Shown in pieces: positions 24,240-37,167 of a DNA stretch of 64,000 nucleotides. The translations under genes were made by a program, and so were the position numbers. This DNA is from Macrostomum hystrix (Eukaryota; Animalia; Platyhelminthes). The DNA is taken from assembly GCA_950097015.1 (NCBI GenBank), contig CATNEN010000001.1:1426001-1490000 (forward strand), given 5' to 3'. The first letter of the stretch is position 1; the number at the start of each line of letters is the position of its first letter. Below the pieces are notes generated by a model that worked only from the letters and a program-made list of their open reading frames with translations, was not told the origin of the DNA and searched no databases.

Positions 24240-25192
24240 AGAAGATTGGGCGAGAGAGGGGAAGATTGAGAGAGAGAGGGGGGAAGATTGGGAGGGAGAG
24301 GGGAAGATTGAGAGGGAGAGGGGAATATTGGGAGGGAGAGGGGAATATTGGGAGGGAGAGGGGAAGATTGGGAGGGAGAGGGAAGATTGGGAGGGAGTGG
24401 GGAAGATTGAGAGAGAGAGGGGAATATTGAGAGGGAGAGGGGAATATTGGGAGGGAGAGGGGAAGATTGAGAGGGAGAGGGGAAGATTGAGAGAGAGAGG
24501 GGGGAAGATTGGGAGGGAGAGGGGAAGATTGGGAGGGAGAGGGAACATTGGGAGGGAGTGGGGAAGATTGAGAGAGAGAGGGTAATATTGAGAGGGAGAG
24601 GGGAAGATTGGGAGGGAGAGGGGAAGATTGGGAGGGAGAGGAGAAGATTGAGAGAGAGAGGGGAATATTGGGAGGAGAGGGGAAGATTGGGAGGGAGAGG
24701 GGAAGATTAGGAGGGAGTGGGGAAGATTAGGAGGGAGAGGGGAAGATTTGGAGGGAGAGTGGAAGATTTGGAGGGAAAAGGGAAGATTTGGAGGGAGAGG
24801 GGAAGATTGTGATGGAGAGGGGAAGATTGTGATGGAGAGGGGAAGATTGTGATGGAGAGGGGAAGATTAGGAGAGAGAGGGGAAGATTGTGATGGAGAGG
24901 GGAAGATTGTGATGGAGAGGGGAAGATTAGGAGGGAGAGGGGAAGATTGGGATGGAGAGGGGAAGATTGTGAAGGAGAGGGGAAGATTGTGATGGAGAGG
25001 GGAAGATTGTGATGGAGAGGGGAAGATTAGGAGAGAGAGGGGAAGATTGTGATGGAGAGGGGAAGATTGTGATGGAGAGGGGAAGATTAGGAGGGAGAGG
25101 GGAAGATTGGGATGGAGAGGGGAAGATTGTGAAGGAGAGGGGAAGATTGTGAAGGAGAGGGAAAGATGGGAGGGAAAGGGGAAGATTGGGAG
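24240..25192. repeat. 20-bp purine-rich minisatellite (GGGAAGATTGGGAGGGAGAG)
   Basis: Tandem units read directly. Confidence 0.95.
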
Positions 25193-26050
25193 GCCTGTCA
25201 ATCAATGTGAATATTTAGGTGACAAAAAATGTAAATTTTGCATTAATTCTACAAAGGAAATAAGGTGTGAAGCGCTTTAGACAATAGCCGAGACATTGAG
25301 AGCAACATTTTGGAAAATTACTTTTCCTCTTTGCAAGTTCAAAGTCGCTACCCTATTTTGCATACTAACGTACTTATAAATAAATCACATACCCAATTAT
25401 AAGTGTTATACTTGTACTTCAAATGCCATCAAAATCCAATATTTTCATTCCTAATCCTAAAATCCTAATTGCTAATCAATCTCAAATCTAATTCTTAATT
25501 CTTATCAAGCCTCAAAGTTAGGATGTTTCGACAGTAAATTTAAAATTAATTTTCAGTCAGTACTACTATAAATAGGTAACTCAAGATCCTCCTTAAATCA
25601 CATAAAAACGAACAATAGAAGGCTACATTCTGCATATTATTATCCCAATCATATTCACTAGCTTGGTGTACTTATTCACTTTTTTAAAAGGAAAAAATAT
25701 AAGCTTTTAATAGAACTAATGAAACTGTGGAATGCAGCGACAGTAAACTATTGATATCACAAAAAGTACTTAGAGTCCGTCGAAAAAAAACATTTTCATT
25801 AAAGCTAAGCGATCAAATAACAATTTGATTGCTTAAGACGCGCTGTTTTTCATGGTTTGAACATTTTCGGCATGAATTTTTCGGAGAAGGATCATTTCTA
25901 GCAAGCCAATTAAATGCTTGCTTAAATTAGATTTGCTATATGTGATTTGTTCTGTGAGATGGGTAGTGAGAATTTTTATAAAGCAAATAGTTTAAAGAAT
26001 ATTCCAAAGCAATTAACGTTTCACGCGAAATTCTACAGTGAATAATAGGC

Positions 26051-26565
26051 TTGCAGCGCTGTCCATTTCTAAATTCCTACCGCACGCAGCAGCCTAGCCA
26101 ACCTCACTCCCTGCCTAGCTTAATGGGTTTGCAGCGCTGTCCATTTCTCAATTCCTACCGCACGCAGCAGCCTAGCCAACCTCACTCCCTGCCTAGCTTA
26201 ATGGGTTTGCAGCGCTGTCCATTTCTCAATTCCTACCGCACGCAGCAGCCTAGCCAACCTCACTCCCTGCCTAGCTTAATGGGTTTGCGGCGCTGTCCAT
26301 TTCTCAATTCCTACCGCACGCAGCAGCCTAGCCAACCTCACTCCCTGCCTAGCTTAATGGGTTTGCAGCGCTGTCCATTTCTCAATTCCTACCGCACGCA
26401 GCAGCCTAGCCAACCTCACTCCCTGCCTAGCTTAATGGGTTTGCAGCGCTGTCCATTTCTCAATTCCTACCGCACGCAGCAGCCTAGCCAACCTCACTCC
26501 CTGCCTAGCTTAATGGGTTTGCAGCGCATGTCTATTTCTCATTTCCTATCCCGCGCAGCCTAGCC
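26051..26565. repeat. 78-bp tandem repeat, 6 near-identical copies plus a degenerate partial copy
   Basis: Unit TTGCAGCGCTGTCCATTTCTCAATTCCTACCGCACGCAGCAGCCTAGCCAACCTCACTCCCTGCCTAGCTTAATGGGT. Confidence 0.95.
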
Positions 26566-26814
26566 ACCTCTTTAATTCGGTACAGTCTGTTTTGAACATT
26601 GCTGTAATTTTTCTAAAAGTTAATTTTTTGCATGCACTTACGACAAGCCCAACATGTAAATCAATTATCAGTTAAAGCAGAGAAATTGGTATTCACTAGT
26701 AGACAATATCGCATGCAAGATTAGTCAGTCAAAGCAAGGCTTTGGCAAGTTTATGCACAATCAACACAAGCATTACAGAGTCAAATCCTACATCCAAGTT
26801 ATACCAGTACTCAA

Positions 26815-29800
26815 TCAGATGTCCATCGAGGCATAATATGCCAGACTTCTGGAAAAACTTTCCTCGGGCGAATACTTAGGAGCGTACTTCAGCTTAGACC
26901 GAATCTTCCCGGCGTCGTAGTGACAGGTGGTGCAAGCCAGATAGAGCTCATTCTTAGTGAATGCTAGCGGCACCCGGCAGAGGGGTGAAACAATCATTGC
27001 CAGCAATTCCAGCAGCCACCAGAAGTAGAACACTAGCACCAGTGGCACCGTGACATTCAACAGGCGAGCTCCGTGAGCTCGAAGAAACGGTCTAACGAAG
27101 TGAAAGTTAGAGTTTAGAGGCGTGTCATCAGTGACAAGGTAGGCCTGGCCGCTGATCAGACGTCTCTGACTTGGGTCCAACAGGCAGCGCATAGCGCAGA
27201 CGTGAGCCCAGGCAACATTGCCAACGTAGACGCGTTGTATCTGTGCACTGGGACTGCCCAGATGCGGCATTAGGCCAAAGAATCGTTTCCCGGCTCGGAT
27301 GAAGGTGGGTATAAACTTTAAGTCGCCTTCGCCGTAGATGCCAACAGGTCGGATGACAAGAGTGCACAGCGGCGTGCTGTTGTTATTGTTACTGGTGTCG
27401 TCTGTGCAGTTGGCGGCTAGAACGGAACGCTCAGCCAGTCGTTTACTTGTGGCGTAGCCATTCAGTAGGTCGAAGCCGCCACTGTCATTACCCTCAGTGG
27501 CGTCGATGTCTGTCTCGGTAAAGCCTTCAACTGGTTTGTAGCAGCGACCCAGCTCTGAGGTGCTGGTGAAGATTAGGCTTGGAACGCGGCATTCGCGACA
27601 GGCGTCGATCACATTCTCTGTGCCTGACAAGGAGTAGGGGAGGGTGTTAAGGTCGGATGTGTCTGATTGGATAACTGAAGGAATGTTCAGTTAGTCTAAC
27701 CCTAGATTGTGACTAATTGGTTGACCAGCAAAATTTGCAGTTTTTCTAACCCTACTCCCAAAAAATAACAGCCACCCCACTCCAGTGGGCTGATAACCTG
27801 CTTCAGAGCGACACACCTTATATTGCGTCGCCTTATCTTTTCTTTAGGATCGGGGACTTTGAGAATCAAAGGTGTCAACTGTGTTAATTTTACTCTTTGG
27901 GTTTTTAAAACGTTTTATTTTTGTTTATCTCCCTTCCTTAGGCGTATTTTTAAGGAACACACGAAACTAATTTGGAACTGAATTCATTACTAAGCGTGAA
28001 CAAAAATTCCTTCGTTTTATTTTCAGTATTTCAGGATCGACAAGTGAATAATTTTGAAGTGTCATTAACATAATAGATTATCTCTCGCTTCGAGATAATA
28101 TAAAGTGAAGTGGCGGACTCTTGAAAAAAGCTAGTGCATTGGCTTTCGTTGGATTGTACGAAGCAGAGAGTAATAAACTGACATTACCCCAAACTGCTGA
28201 ACATAGGCGAGCTAATCGCACACGGCAACTAAACTGGTTATACGTAGAAATAGAGGGACCTATAAAGCAGCTGTCAAGCTTTCCACAGTCCCAATGGTGC
28301 GGGCTGGTCTTCTCTTTTAGTCGATGACTGAGAAGCACATATATAGACTGAAATATAGAAAGCATATTTAAAAGAATATTTGTATCATATCGATTCATTG
28401 AATATTACGCACTGTCTGTGCGTGAGTGCGGTTATGGACAGCACTTCAACAATGGCTATAGGGTTTTTTGGAGTGTGATCTGTTAGAATATCCCTTTAGA
28501 TCAGGAGTCGTCCAGCCAGATGTCACATCTCTCTCATGTCTCATCTCTCCCGTGTCTCATCGCTCCCGTATCTCATCTCTTCCGTATCTCATCTCTACCG
28601 TGTCTCATCTCTTCCGTGTGTCATCTTTCCCGTGTCTCATCTCTTCCGTATCTCATCTCTTCCGTATCTCATCTCTCCCGTGTCTCATCTTTCCCGTGTC
28701 TCATCTCTTCCGTATCTCATCTCTTCCGTATCTCATCTCTACCGTATCTCATCTCTCCCGTGTCTCATCTTTCCCGTGTCTCATCTCTCCCGAGTCTCAT
28801 TTCTCCCGTGTCTCATCTCTCCCGTATCTCATCTTTCCCGTGTCTCATCTTTCCCGTGTCTCATCTCTTCCGTATCTCATCTCTTCCGTATCTCATCTCT
28901 CCCGTATCTCATCTTTCCCGTATCTCATCTTTCCCGTGTCTCATCTCTCCCGTGTCTCATTGCTCCCGTGTCTCATCTTTCCCGTGTCTCATCTCTCCCG
29001 TGTCTCATCTCTCCCGTGTCTCATCTCTCCCGTGTCTCATCTTTCCCGTGTCTCATCTCTTCCGTATCTCATCTCTTCCGTATCTCATCTCTACCGTATC
29101 TCATCTCTCCCGTGTCTCATCTTTCCCGTGTCTCATCTCTACCGTATCTCATCTCTCCCGTGTCTCATCTTTCCCGTGTCTCATCTCTTCCGTATCTCAT
29201 CTCTCCCGTATCTCATCTCTCCCGTGTCTCATCTTTCCCGTGTCTCATCTCTTCCGTATCTCATCTCTCCCGTATCTCATCTCTCCCGTGTCTCATCTCT
29301 CCCGTGTCTCATCTTTCCCGTGTCTCCTCTCTTCCGTGTCTCATCTCTTCCGTATCTCATCTCTTCCGTATCTCATCTTTTCCGTATCTCATCTCTACCG
29401 TATCTCATCTCTCCCGTATCTCATCTCTACCGTATCTCATCTCTCCCGTGTCTCATCTCTCCCGTGTCTCATTGCTCCCGTGTCTCATCTTTCCCGTGTC
29501 TCATCTCTCCCGTGTCTCATCGCTCCCGTGTCTCATCTCTCCCGTGTCTCATCGCTCCCGTATCTCATCTCTTCCGTATCTCATCTCTACCGTATCTCAT
29601 CTCTCCCGTGTCTCATCTTTCCCGTGTCTCATCTCTACCGTATCTCATCTCTCCCGTGTCTCATCTTTCCCGTGTCTCATCTCTTCCGTATCTCATCTCT
29701 CCCGTATCTCATCTCTCCCGTGTCTCATCTCTCCCGTGTCTCATCTTTCCCGTGTCTCCTCTCTTCCGTGTCTCATCTCTTCCGTATCTCATCTCTTCCG

Positions 29801-32705
29801 TATCTCATCTTTTCCGTATCTCATCTCTACCGTATCTCATCTCTCCCGTGTCTCATCTCTCCCGTGTCTCATCGCTCCCGTGTCTCATCGCTCCCGTGTC
29901 TCATCTCTCCCGTGTCTCATCTCTCCCGTGTCTCATCGCTCCCGTGTCTCATCTCTCCCGTGTCTCATCGCTCCCGTGTCTCATCTCTCCCGTATCTCAT
30001 CTCTACCGTATCTCATCTCTCCCGTGTCTCATCTTTCCCGTGTCTCATCTCTTCCGTATCTCATCTCTTCCGTATCTCATCTCTTCCGTATCTCATCTCT
30101 ACCGTATCTCATCTCTCCCGTGTCTCATCGCTCCCGTGTCTCATCTCTTCCGTATCTCATCTCTTCCGTGTCTCATCTCTTCCGTATCTCATCTCAACCG
30201 TATCTCATCGCTCCCGTGTCTCATCTCTCCCGTGTCTCATCTCTCCCGTGTCTCATCGCTCCCGTGTCTCATCGCTCCCGTGTCTCATCTCTCCCGTGTC
30301 TCATCGATCCCGTGTCTCATCTCTCCCGTGTCTCATCGCTCCCGTGTCTCATCGATCCCGTGTCTCATCTCTCCCGTGTCTCATCGCTCCCGTGTCTCAT
30401 CTCTCCCGTGTCTCATCGCTCCCGTGTCTCAACTCTCCCGTGTCTCATTTCTCCCGTGTCTCATCTCTCCCGTGTCTCATCTTTCCCGTGTCTCATCTCT
30501 TCCGTATCTCATCTCTCCCGTATCTCATCTCTCCCGTGTCTCATCTCTCCCGTGTCTCATCTTTCCCGTGTCTCCTCTCTTCCGTGTCTCATCTCTTCCG
30601 TATCTCATCTCTTCCGTATCTCATCTTTTCCGTATCTCATCTCTACCGTATCTCATCTCTCCCGTGTCTCATCTCTCCCGTGTCTCATCGCTCCCGTGTC
30701 TCATCGCTCCCGTGTCTCATCTCTCCCGTGTCTCATCGCTCCCGTGTCTCATCTCTCCCGTGTCTCATCGCTCCCGTGTCTCATCGCTCCCGTGTCTCAT
30801 CTCTCCCGTATCTCATCTCTACCGTATCTCATCTCTCCCGTGTCTCATCTTTCCCGTGTCTCATCTCTTCCGTATCTCATCTCTTCCGTATCTCATCTCT
30901 TCCGTATCTCATCTCTACCGTATCTCATCTCTCCCGTGTCTCATCTTTCCCGTGTCTCATCTCTTCCGTATCTCATCTCTTCCGTGTCTCATCTCTTCCG
31001 TATCTCATCTCAACCGTATCTCATCGCTCCCGTGTCTCATCTCTCCCGTGTCTCATCTCTCCCGTGTCTCATCGCTCCCGTGTCTCATCGCTCCCGTGTC
31101 TCATCTCTCCCGTGTCTCATCGATCCCGTGTCTCATCGATCCCGTGTCTCATCTCTCCCGTGTCTCATCTCTCCCGTGTCTCATCGCTCCCGTGTCTCAT
31201 CTGAGGTGTCTCATTTCTCCCGTGTCTCATCTCTCCCGTGTCTCATCGCTCCCGTGTCTCATCTCTCCCGTGTCTCATCGCTCCCGTGTCTCATCTCTCC
31301 CGTGTCTCATCTCTTCCGTATCTCATCTCTTCCGTATCTCATCTCTTCCGTATCTCATCTCTACCGTATCTCATCTCTCCCGTGTCTCATCTTTCCCGTG
31401 TCTCATCTCTTCCGTATCTCATCTCTTCCGTATCTCATCTCTTCCGTATCTCATCTCAACCGTATCTCATCTCTCCCGTGTCTCATCGCTCCCGTGTCTC
31501 ATCTCTCCCGTGTCTCATCTCTCCCGTGTCTCATCGCTCCCGTGTCTCATCGCTCCCGTGTCTCATCGCTCCCGTGTCTCATCTCTCCCGTGTCTCATCT
31601 CTCCCGTGTCTCATCGCTCCCGTGTCTCATCTCTCCCGTGTCTCATCTCTCCCGTGTCTCATCGCTCCCGTGTCTCATCTCTCCCGTGTCTCATCGCTCC
31701 CGTGTCTCATCTCTCCCGTGTCTCATCGCTCCCGTGTCTCATCTCTCCCGTGTCTCATCTCTCCCGTGTCTCATCGCTCCCGTGTCTTATTGCTCCCGTG
31801 TCTCATTACGTAGGCCTGTTAAACAACAAAGAATGCTGTTAGGCAGTGTTGAAAGCATATTCAACTCACCCAGAATGTTCACATCGTTCATCTTGACCAC
31901 ATCCGGGTAGAGGCCCAGTTCAATGAGGGCCGCGGTGTGAATGACGCAATCAACATTTCGAAAGGCTCGCAACAGCTGTTCCTTGTCTGTGATATCGGCC
32001 TCCACAAATCTTAGGATGGCGTTGTCTTTAAAGAGTAGATTTCCGGTTTGGGAGAAAATGATTGTACTCATCAAATGAGAGTACCTTAAAGTTAAAGTAG
32101 CCAGTAAAATATGAGTATTAGTTGCACTGAAAAGTGTATCCTTTTCGAGAGAAATACGTTAGACAGCAGTGAAAGAGAGAGCAATAAACCTGTTAGACAG
32201 CAGGTCTAACGTGTTAGACAGTCGAGAGGAACCTGTTAGACAGCAGGGTCTAACCTGTTAGACAGCAGGGTCTAACCTGTTAGACAGCAAGGTCTGACCT
32301 GTTAGACAGCAAGGTCTGACCTGTTAGACAAAGGTGTCTAACCTGTTAGACAACAGGTCTAACCTGTTAGACAGTCGAGAGAAACCTGTTAGACAGCAGG
32401 GTCTAACCTGTTAGACAGCAAGGTCTGACCTGTTAGACAGCAGGTCTAACGTGTTAAACAGTCGAGAGTAACCTGTTAGACAGCAGGGTCTAACCTGTTA
32501 GACTTAGACTTAGCTCACCATTCGGATCTAGACAGAATCCTTCGGGCAGGGGACGGATGTCCAGTGCCACAATGACCGCCACTTCTGGACAGGCAGCCAG
32601 CTGGTTAATCAGCTTCTTTCCTAGAAATCCGCTACCGCCAGTTACTAGAACTGTGACGCGCCTAGTCGCGCTGACTTCGCCGACAAGCCTGGCGACGCTG
32701 CTCAT
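26815..32705 (-). CDS. HSD3B: 3-beta-hydroxysteroid dehydrogenase/isomerase family (extended SDR), 3 exons, 383 aa
   Basis: Exons (minus) 32705-32519, 32025-31870, 27623-26815; 1152 nt total. Rossmann VLVTGGSGFLG, acidic VALDIR (NAD-type), ADITD, DCVIHTAA, VNILGTENVIDAC, IFTST, catalytic YATSK, RPVGIYGEGD, VYVGNVAWAH, GQAYLVTDDTP. The paralogue (HSD3B1/2-like vs HSD3B7-like) cannot be resolved. Confidence 0.92.
28520..31806. repeat. 16-bp minisatellite (TCTCATCTCTCCCGTG), about 205 copies, 3bHSD intron 2
   Basis: Tandem units. The unit is the reverse complement of the repeat inside the MITEs at 52885 and 58781. Confidence 0.97.
32158..32503. repeat. About 22-bp minisatellite (AACCTGTTAGACAGCAGGGTCT), 3bHSD intron 1
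   Basis: Tandem units read directly. Confidence 0.93.
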
Positions 32706-33256
32706 TGCGTAGGAGTTGTCGCCGCTTAAGTCTAGGCCACACGACTGTTTGGATGTAATTTTATTTCTTAGAACTAAATTGCTGCTCGATTTAACTTGAA
32801 GCTTAAAAACGGCTAGAAACTAAAACGCCATATATGGGGATTGGGGTGTGGGGTGGTTGGTACGGCACATTGGGAAACAATAGTCTATCAAGATCGCCAG
32901 CTTACAGAGGGAGAAAAAGAGAGAGAGAGAGAATAATCCAGTCAACCCACCCCAGCTCCGCCTAAGCGACATCGAAGCCTGTTTTGCCTGCTAAACATGC
33001 TCTCACTACTGTTAGCCTAATAGCTGAAATCGAATTCCTTATTGTTATGTGGGAGGCTTTCAATTTGAGCGGACGCACACAATCGATTAGCATTCTAGTC
33101 CGGGTTCTCACTCTATCTATCTCTCTCTCTTTGGGCTATGTCGGGTTGTATGGCAGAAAGTAGATGCCGGCTAGCTGTTTTGTTGTTAAGAAAACAAATT
33201 AATAATTGAATCTCCAAGCATCGGAATGCTTTGGATATTAGCTAGTTCAATAAGTG

Positions 33257-33364
33257 AGAGTAGGGGAGAGTGGGGGAGAGTGGGGAAGAGTGGGGGAGAG
33301 TGGGGGAGAGTGGGGGAGAGTGGGGGAGAGTGGGGGAGAGTGGGGGAGAGTGAGGGAGAGTGGG
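33257..33364. repeat. (GGGGGAGAGT)n 10-bp array
   Basis: About 10 units. Confidence 0.93.
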
Positions 33365-33372
33365 TTAATGTG

Positions 33373-34689
33373 AATGAATGATGTCAGTGAATGATGTCAG
33401 TGAATGATGTCAGTGAATGATGTCAGTGAATGATGTCAGTGAATGATGTCAGTGAATGATGTCAGTGAATGATGTCAGTGAATGATGTCAGTGAATGATG
33501 TCAGTGAATGATGTCAGTGAATGATGTCAGTGAATGATGTCAGTGAATGATGTCAGTGATTGATGTCAGTGATTGCTGTCAGTGAATGATGCCAGTGATT
33601 GATGTCAGTGATTGATGTCAGTGATTGATGTCAGTGATTGATGTCAGTGATTGATGTCAGTGAATGATGTCAGTGATTGATGTCAGTGATTGCTGTCAGT
33701 GAATGATGCCAGTGATTGATGTCAGTGATTGATGTCAGTGATTGATGTCAGTGATTGATGTCAGTGATTGATGTCAGTGAATGATGCCAGTGAATGATGT
33801 CAGTGATTGATGTCAGTGATTGATGTCAGTGATTGATGTCAGTGAATGATGTCAGTGATTGATGTCAGTGATTGATGTCAGTGATTGATGTCAGTGAATG
33901 ATGTCAGTGAATGATGTCAGTGAACGATGTCAGTGATTGATGTCAGTGATTGATGTCAGTGAATGGTGTCAGTGATTGATGTCAGTGATTGCTGTCAGTG
34001 AATGATGTCAGTGATTGATGTCAGTGATTGATGTCAGTGAATGGTGTCAGTGATTGATGTCAGTGAATGGTGTCAGTGATTGATGTCAGTGATTGATGTC
34101 AGTGATTGATGTCAGTGAATGGTGTCAGTGATTGATGTCAGTGATTGATGTCAGTGATTGATGTCAGTGAATGATGTCAGTGATTGATGTCAGTGATTGC
34201 TGTCAGTGAATGATGCCAGTGATTGATGTCAGTGATTGATGTCAGTGATTGATGTCAGTGATTGATGTCAGTGATTGATGTCAGTGATTGATGTCAGTGA
34301 TTGATGTCAGTGATTGATGTCAGTGAATGGTGTCAGTGATTGATGTCAGTGATTGATGTCAGTGAATGATGTCAGTGATTGATGTCAGTGATTGATGTCA
34401 GTGAATGGTGTCAGTGATTGATGTCAGTGATTGATGTCAGTGAATGGTGTCAGTGATTGATGTCAGTGATTGCTGTCAGTGAATGATGTCAGTGATTGAT
34501 GTCAGTGATTGATGTCAGTGAATGATGTCAGTGATTGATGTCAGTGATTGATGTCAGTGATTGATGTCAGTGAATGGTGTCAGTGATTGATGTCAGTGAT
34601 TGATGTCAGTGATTGATGTCAGTGAATGGTGTCAGTGATTGATGTCAGTGATTGCTGTCAGTGAATGATGCCAGTGATTGATGTCAGTG
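33373..34689. repeat. 13-bp minisatellite (TGA[A/T]TGATGTCAG), about 100 copies
   Basis: Tandem units read directly. Confidence 0.97.
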
Positions 34690-35284
34690 TTTCCCAACTT
34701 TGTAAGGCAATTTCTCTCGGTGAACAAGTGTTACAGCTATCGAACCATCGACCTTGCATTTGGTAAAAAGTCAGTGCAGTCATCCATAGCGAGATATTGC
34801 ATTTCATGACCATAACTCACATTTAATCGAACAGATCTGTGCAACACAGTGCAGGCCGTGGTGCTAACAGCCTCCACCACATGTCCTTTGCACGAATTCT
34901 CATGGCATAAATTGATTAGCAATGAGGCTAGCTTGCTAGGATACAGACAAATATTAATGGGATTTTCTTTATTTAACTCGTATATGAACCAGCTGATTTT
35001 TGTTAATACGAGTATAAGTTTTAGGTCACAAGGATATTCAGAGTGCGAAATGTTTCGTTGTCATACGTCATTGTTCTAGTGCACCAATTTGAGCACTAGA
35101 TTTTGTATGTTATTGCTTGTATTTGCGAGAAAAAACTACCTTTTATCTATTGGCCTATAGCACAGTCTGTTCAGAATAAAATAACTTTGTGTTTCAAGTG
35201 TGCACTCGTACTTTTACCTACAGTGTAAACCAAGAAGTACAAGGCCTCTGTCTTCTCTCCCTCCGAAAATCAATTAATCTACCA

Positions 35285-36010
35285 CCACTCTCCCCCACTC
35301 TTCCACTCTCCTCCATTCTCCTTTCACTCTCCCCCCACTCTACCCCACTCTACCTCACTCTCCTCCACTCTCCTTCATTCTCCTTCACACTCCCTTCACT
35401 CTCCCTTAACTCTACTCCACTCTCCCTTCACTCTCCCTTAACTCTACTCCACTCTCCTCCAATCTCCCTTAACTCTACTCCACTCTCCCTTCACTCTCCC
35501 TTAACTGTACTCCACTCTCCCTTCACTCTCCCTTTACTCCACTCTCCTCCACTCTCCCTTAACTCTACTCTACTCTCCTCCACTCTCCCTTAACTCTACT
35601 CCACTCTCCTCCACTCTCCCTTAACTCTACTCCACTCTCCTCCACTCTCCCTTAACTCTACTCCACTCTCCTCCACTCTCCCTTAACTCTACTCCACTCT
35701 CCCCCACTCTCCCTTAACTCTACTCCACTCTCCTCCACTCTCCCTTTACTCTACTCCACACTCCTCCACTCTCCTTCAACTCTACCACACTCTACCCCAC
35801 TCTCCCCCAACTCTCTCCTTCCACTCTCCCCCCTCTACCCCACTCTACCCCACTCTCCTCCATTCTCCTCCACTCTCCCTTCACTCTACTCCACTCTCCT
35901 CCACTCTACCCCATTCTCCTCCACTCTCCTCCACTCTCCTCCACTCTCCTTCCCTCTCCTTCACTCTACTCCACTCTGCTCCCACTCTATCCCACTCTCC
36001 ACCATCTCTA
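35285..36010. repeat. C/T-rich 10-bp-based array (CCACTCTCCT, with a 30-bp higher unit)
   Basis: Degenerate tandem units read directly. Confidence 0.92.
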
Positions 36011-36567
36011 TCTCCTTTCTCCACCAAATGTATCTAGCACTCCGTCCACGCCAATCTCCCTCTCCATCTCATCGGATTGCATTTTACTCTTTCAATGAAA
36101 TGAAGTCTCTAAAATAAACTTTTCGAGGTATTCAGTATAATTTGATAAAATTGCCAATTTAGCCCTGCAATTCGGCCTTCCAATGCAAATACAGGCCATA
36201 TTTAGTTAAGTTAGTTAAGTTAACCAATTAAAAAAATTGGTTAATTCTTAGATCACACAGCAATGTTATTTTATTTTTCCCTGCCTCGCAGTCAGATTTA
36301 TCGAGATTTTGTCAATAAAAAACTTCTTTTTTAGCCGCTCTAAACCATCTACTTATTAGTGTGAGTAGTGAAGAAAACATTTTAGCACATTTTGTTACTA
36401 AGAAATTTGATAATTTTTTATAAAAATAACCACTTTTTCTTATCTAAAGTAAGCAAAAAGTAACGTAATATTACAAGTAGCGGATTAGTGAAAGAAATTT
36501 AACGAATTAGAAAGTTTTCGAAAAAACTATAGAATATACCAAATCTTAAAAGGTCGAGAGTGGAGAG

Positions 36568-36785
36568 AGGTTGTAGCCTAGTGGTTAGGGCATCGGACTA
36601 ACCACTAACCACTAAGCTGGGATAACTGAAGGTGGGTGTGGCGTCCCCCCAGTCCATGGACTGAACAGCTCTACGCAGTCTTCAGATGCGCCGCGCAATA
36701 GCTGCGGCTGTGCTGTCGGCTGCACATCTGGCCCGATTGGGACAGGTGTAATCAATTATTATTAAATTATGAAATTAATTATTAA
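36568..36785 (+). mobile_element. Possible tRNA-derived SINE remnant (A-box head, GC-rich body, ATT-rich tail)
   Basis: GTAGCCTAGTGGTTAGGGCATCGGACT resembles a tRNA 5' half. No B box; a GC-rich body ends in AATTATTATTAAATTAT. Confidence 0.4.
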
Positions 36786-37167
36786 AAGTAGCACAATTTA
36801 AACAGGCAATGCTTTCTACTCAACCCTGCTAGCTACCCGCTGAGTAGCCGCCTTAGTTAGACAAAAATTCACACCAGTCAAGCCGGGGTTAAGAAATGAT
36901 ATCTTTATTCTATCTGCAGTCTACATCTAATGAGACTCTCAAACCCCGCTTGTTCTGTGTATGCTCAAGATAAAGGCTAAATTGTCCCTTAAACAGCCTT
37001 ACTAAGCTAAGCCGACAAAAGCTTTGACCTAGCGTACCATACATTGTTATTGGGCCACAGTTAGAAGGCACCTTTCACAATATTTAAGAAGCTACTCTAG
37101 TGAGACTCCTAGACTAATTTTTGTCTGCTTTTTGTGATTCTATCTCGCTATCGAATGTAAGGCCCCA

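Noticed and set aside
28468-31910. 1124-aa and 894-aa ORFs (VSHLSRVSSLPCLISP)n
   Set aside because: Translations of a stop-free 16-bp minisatellite, open in all three frames and antisense within a 3bHSD intron.
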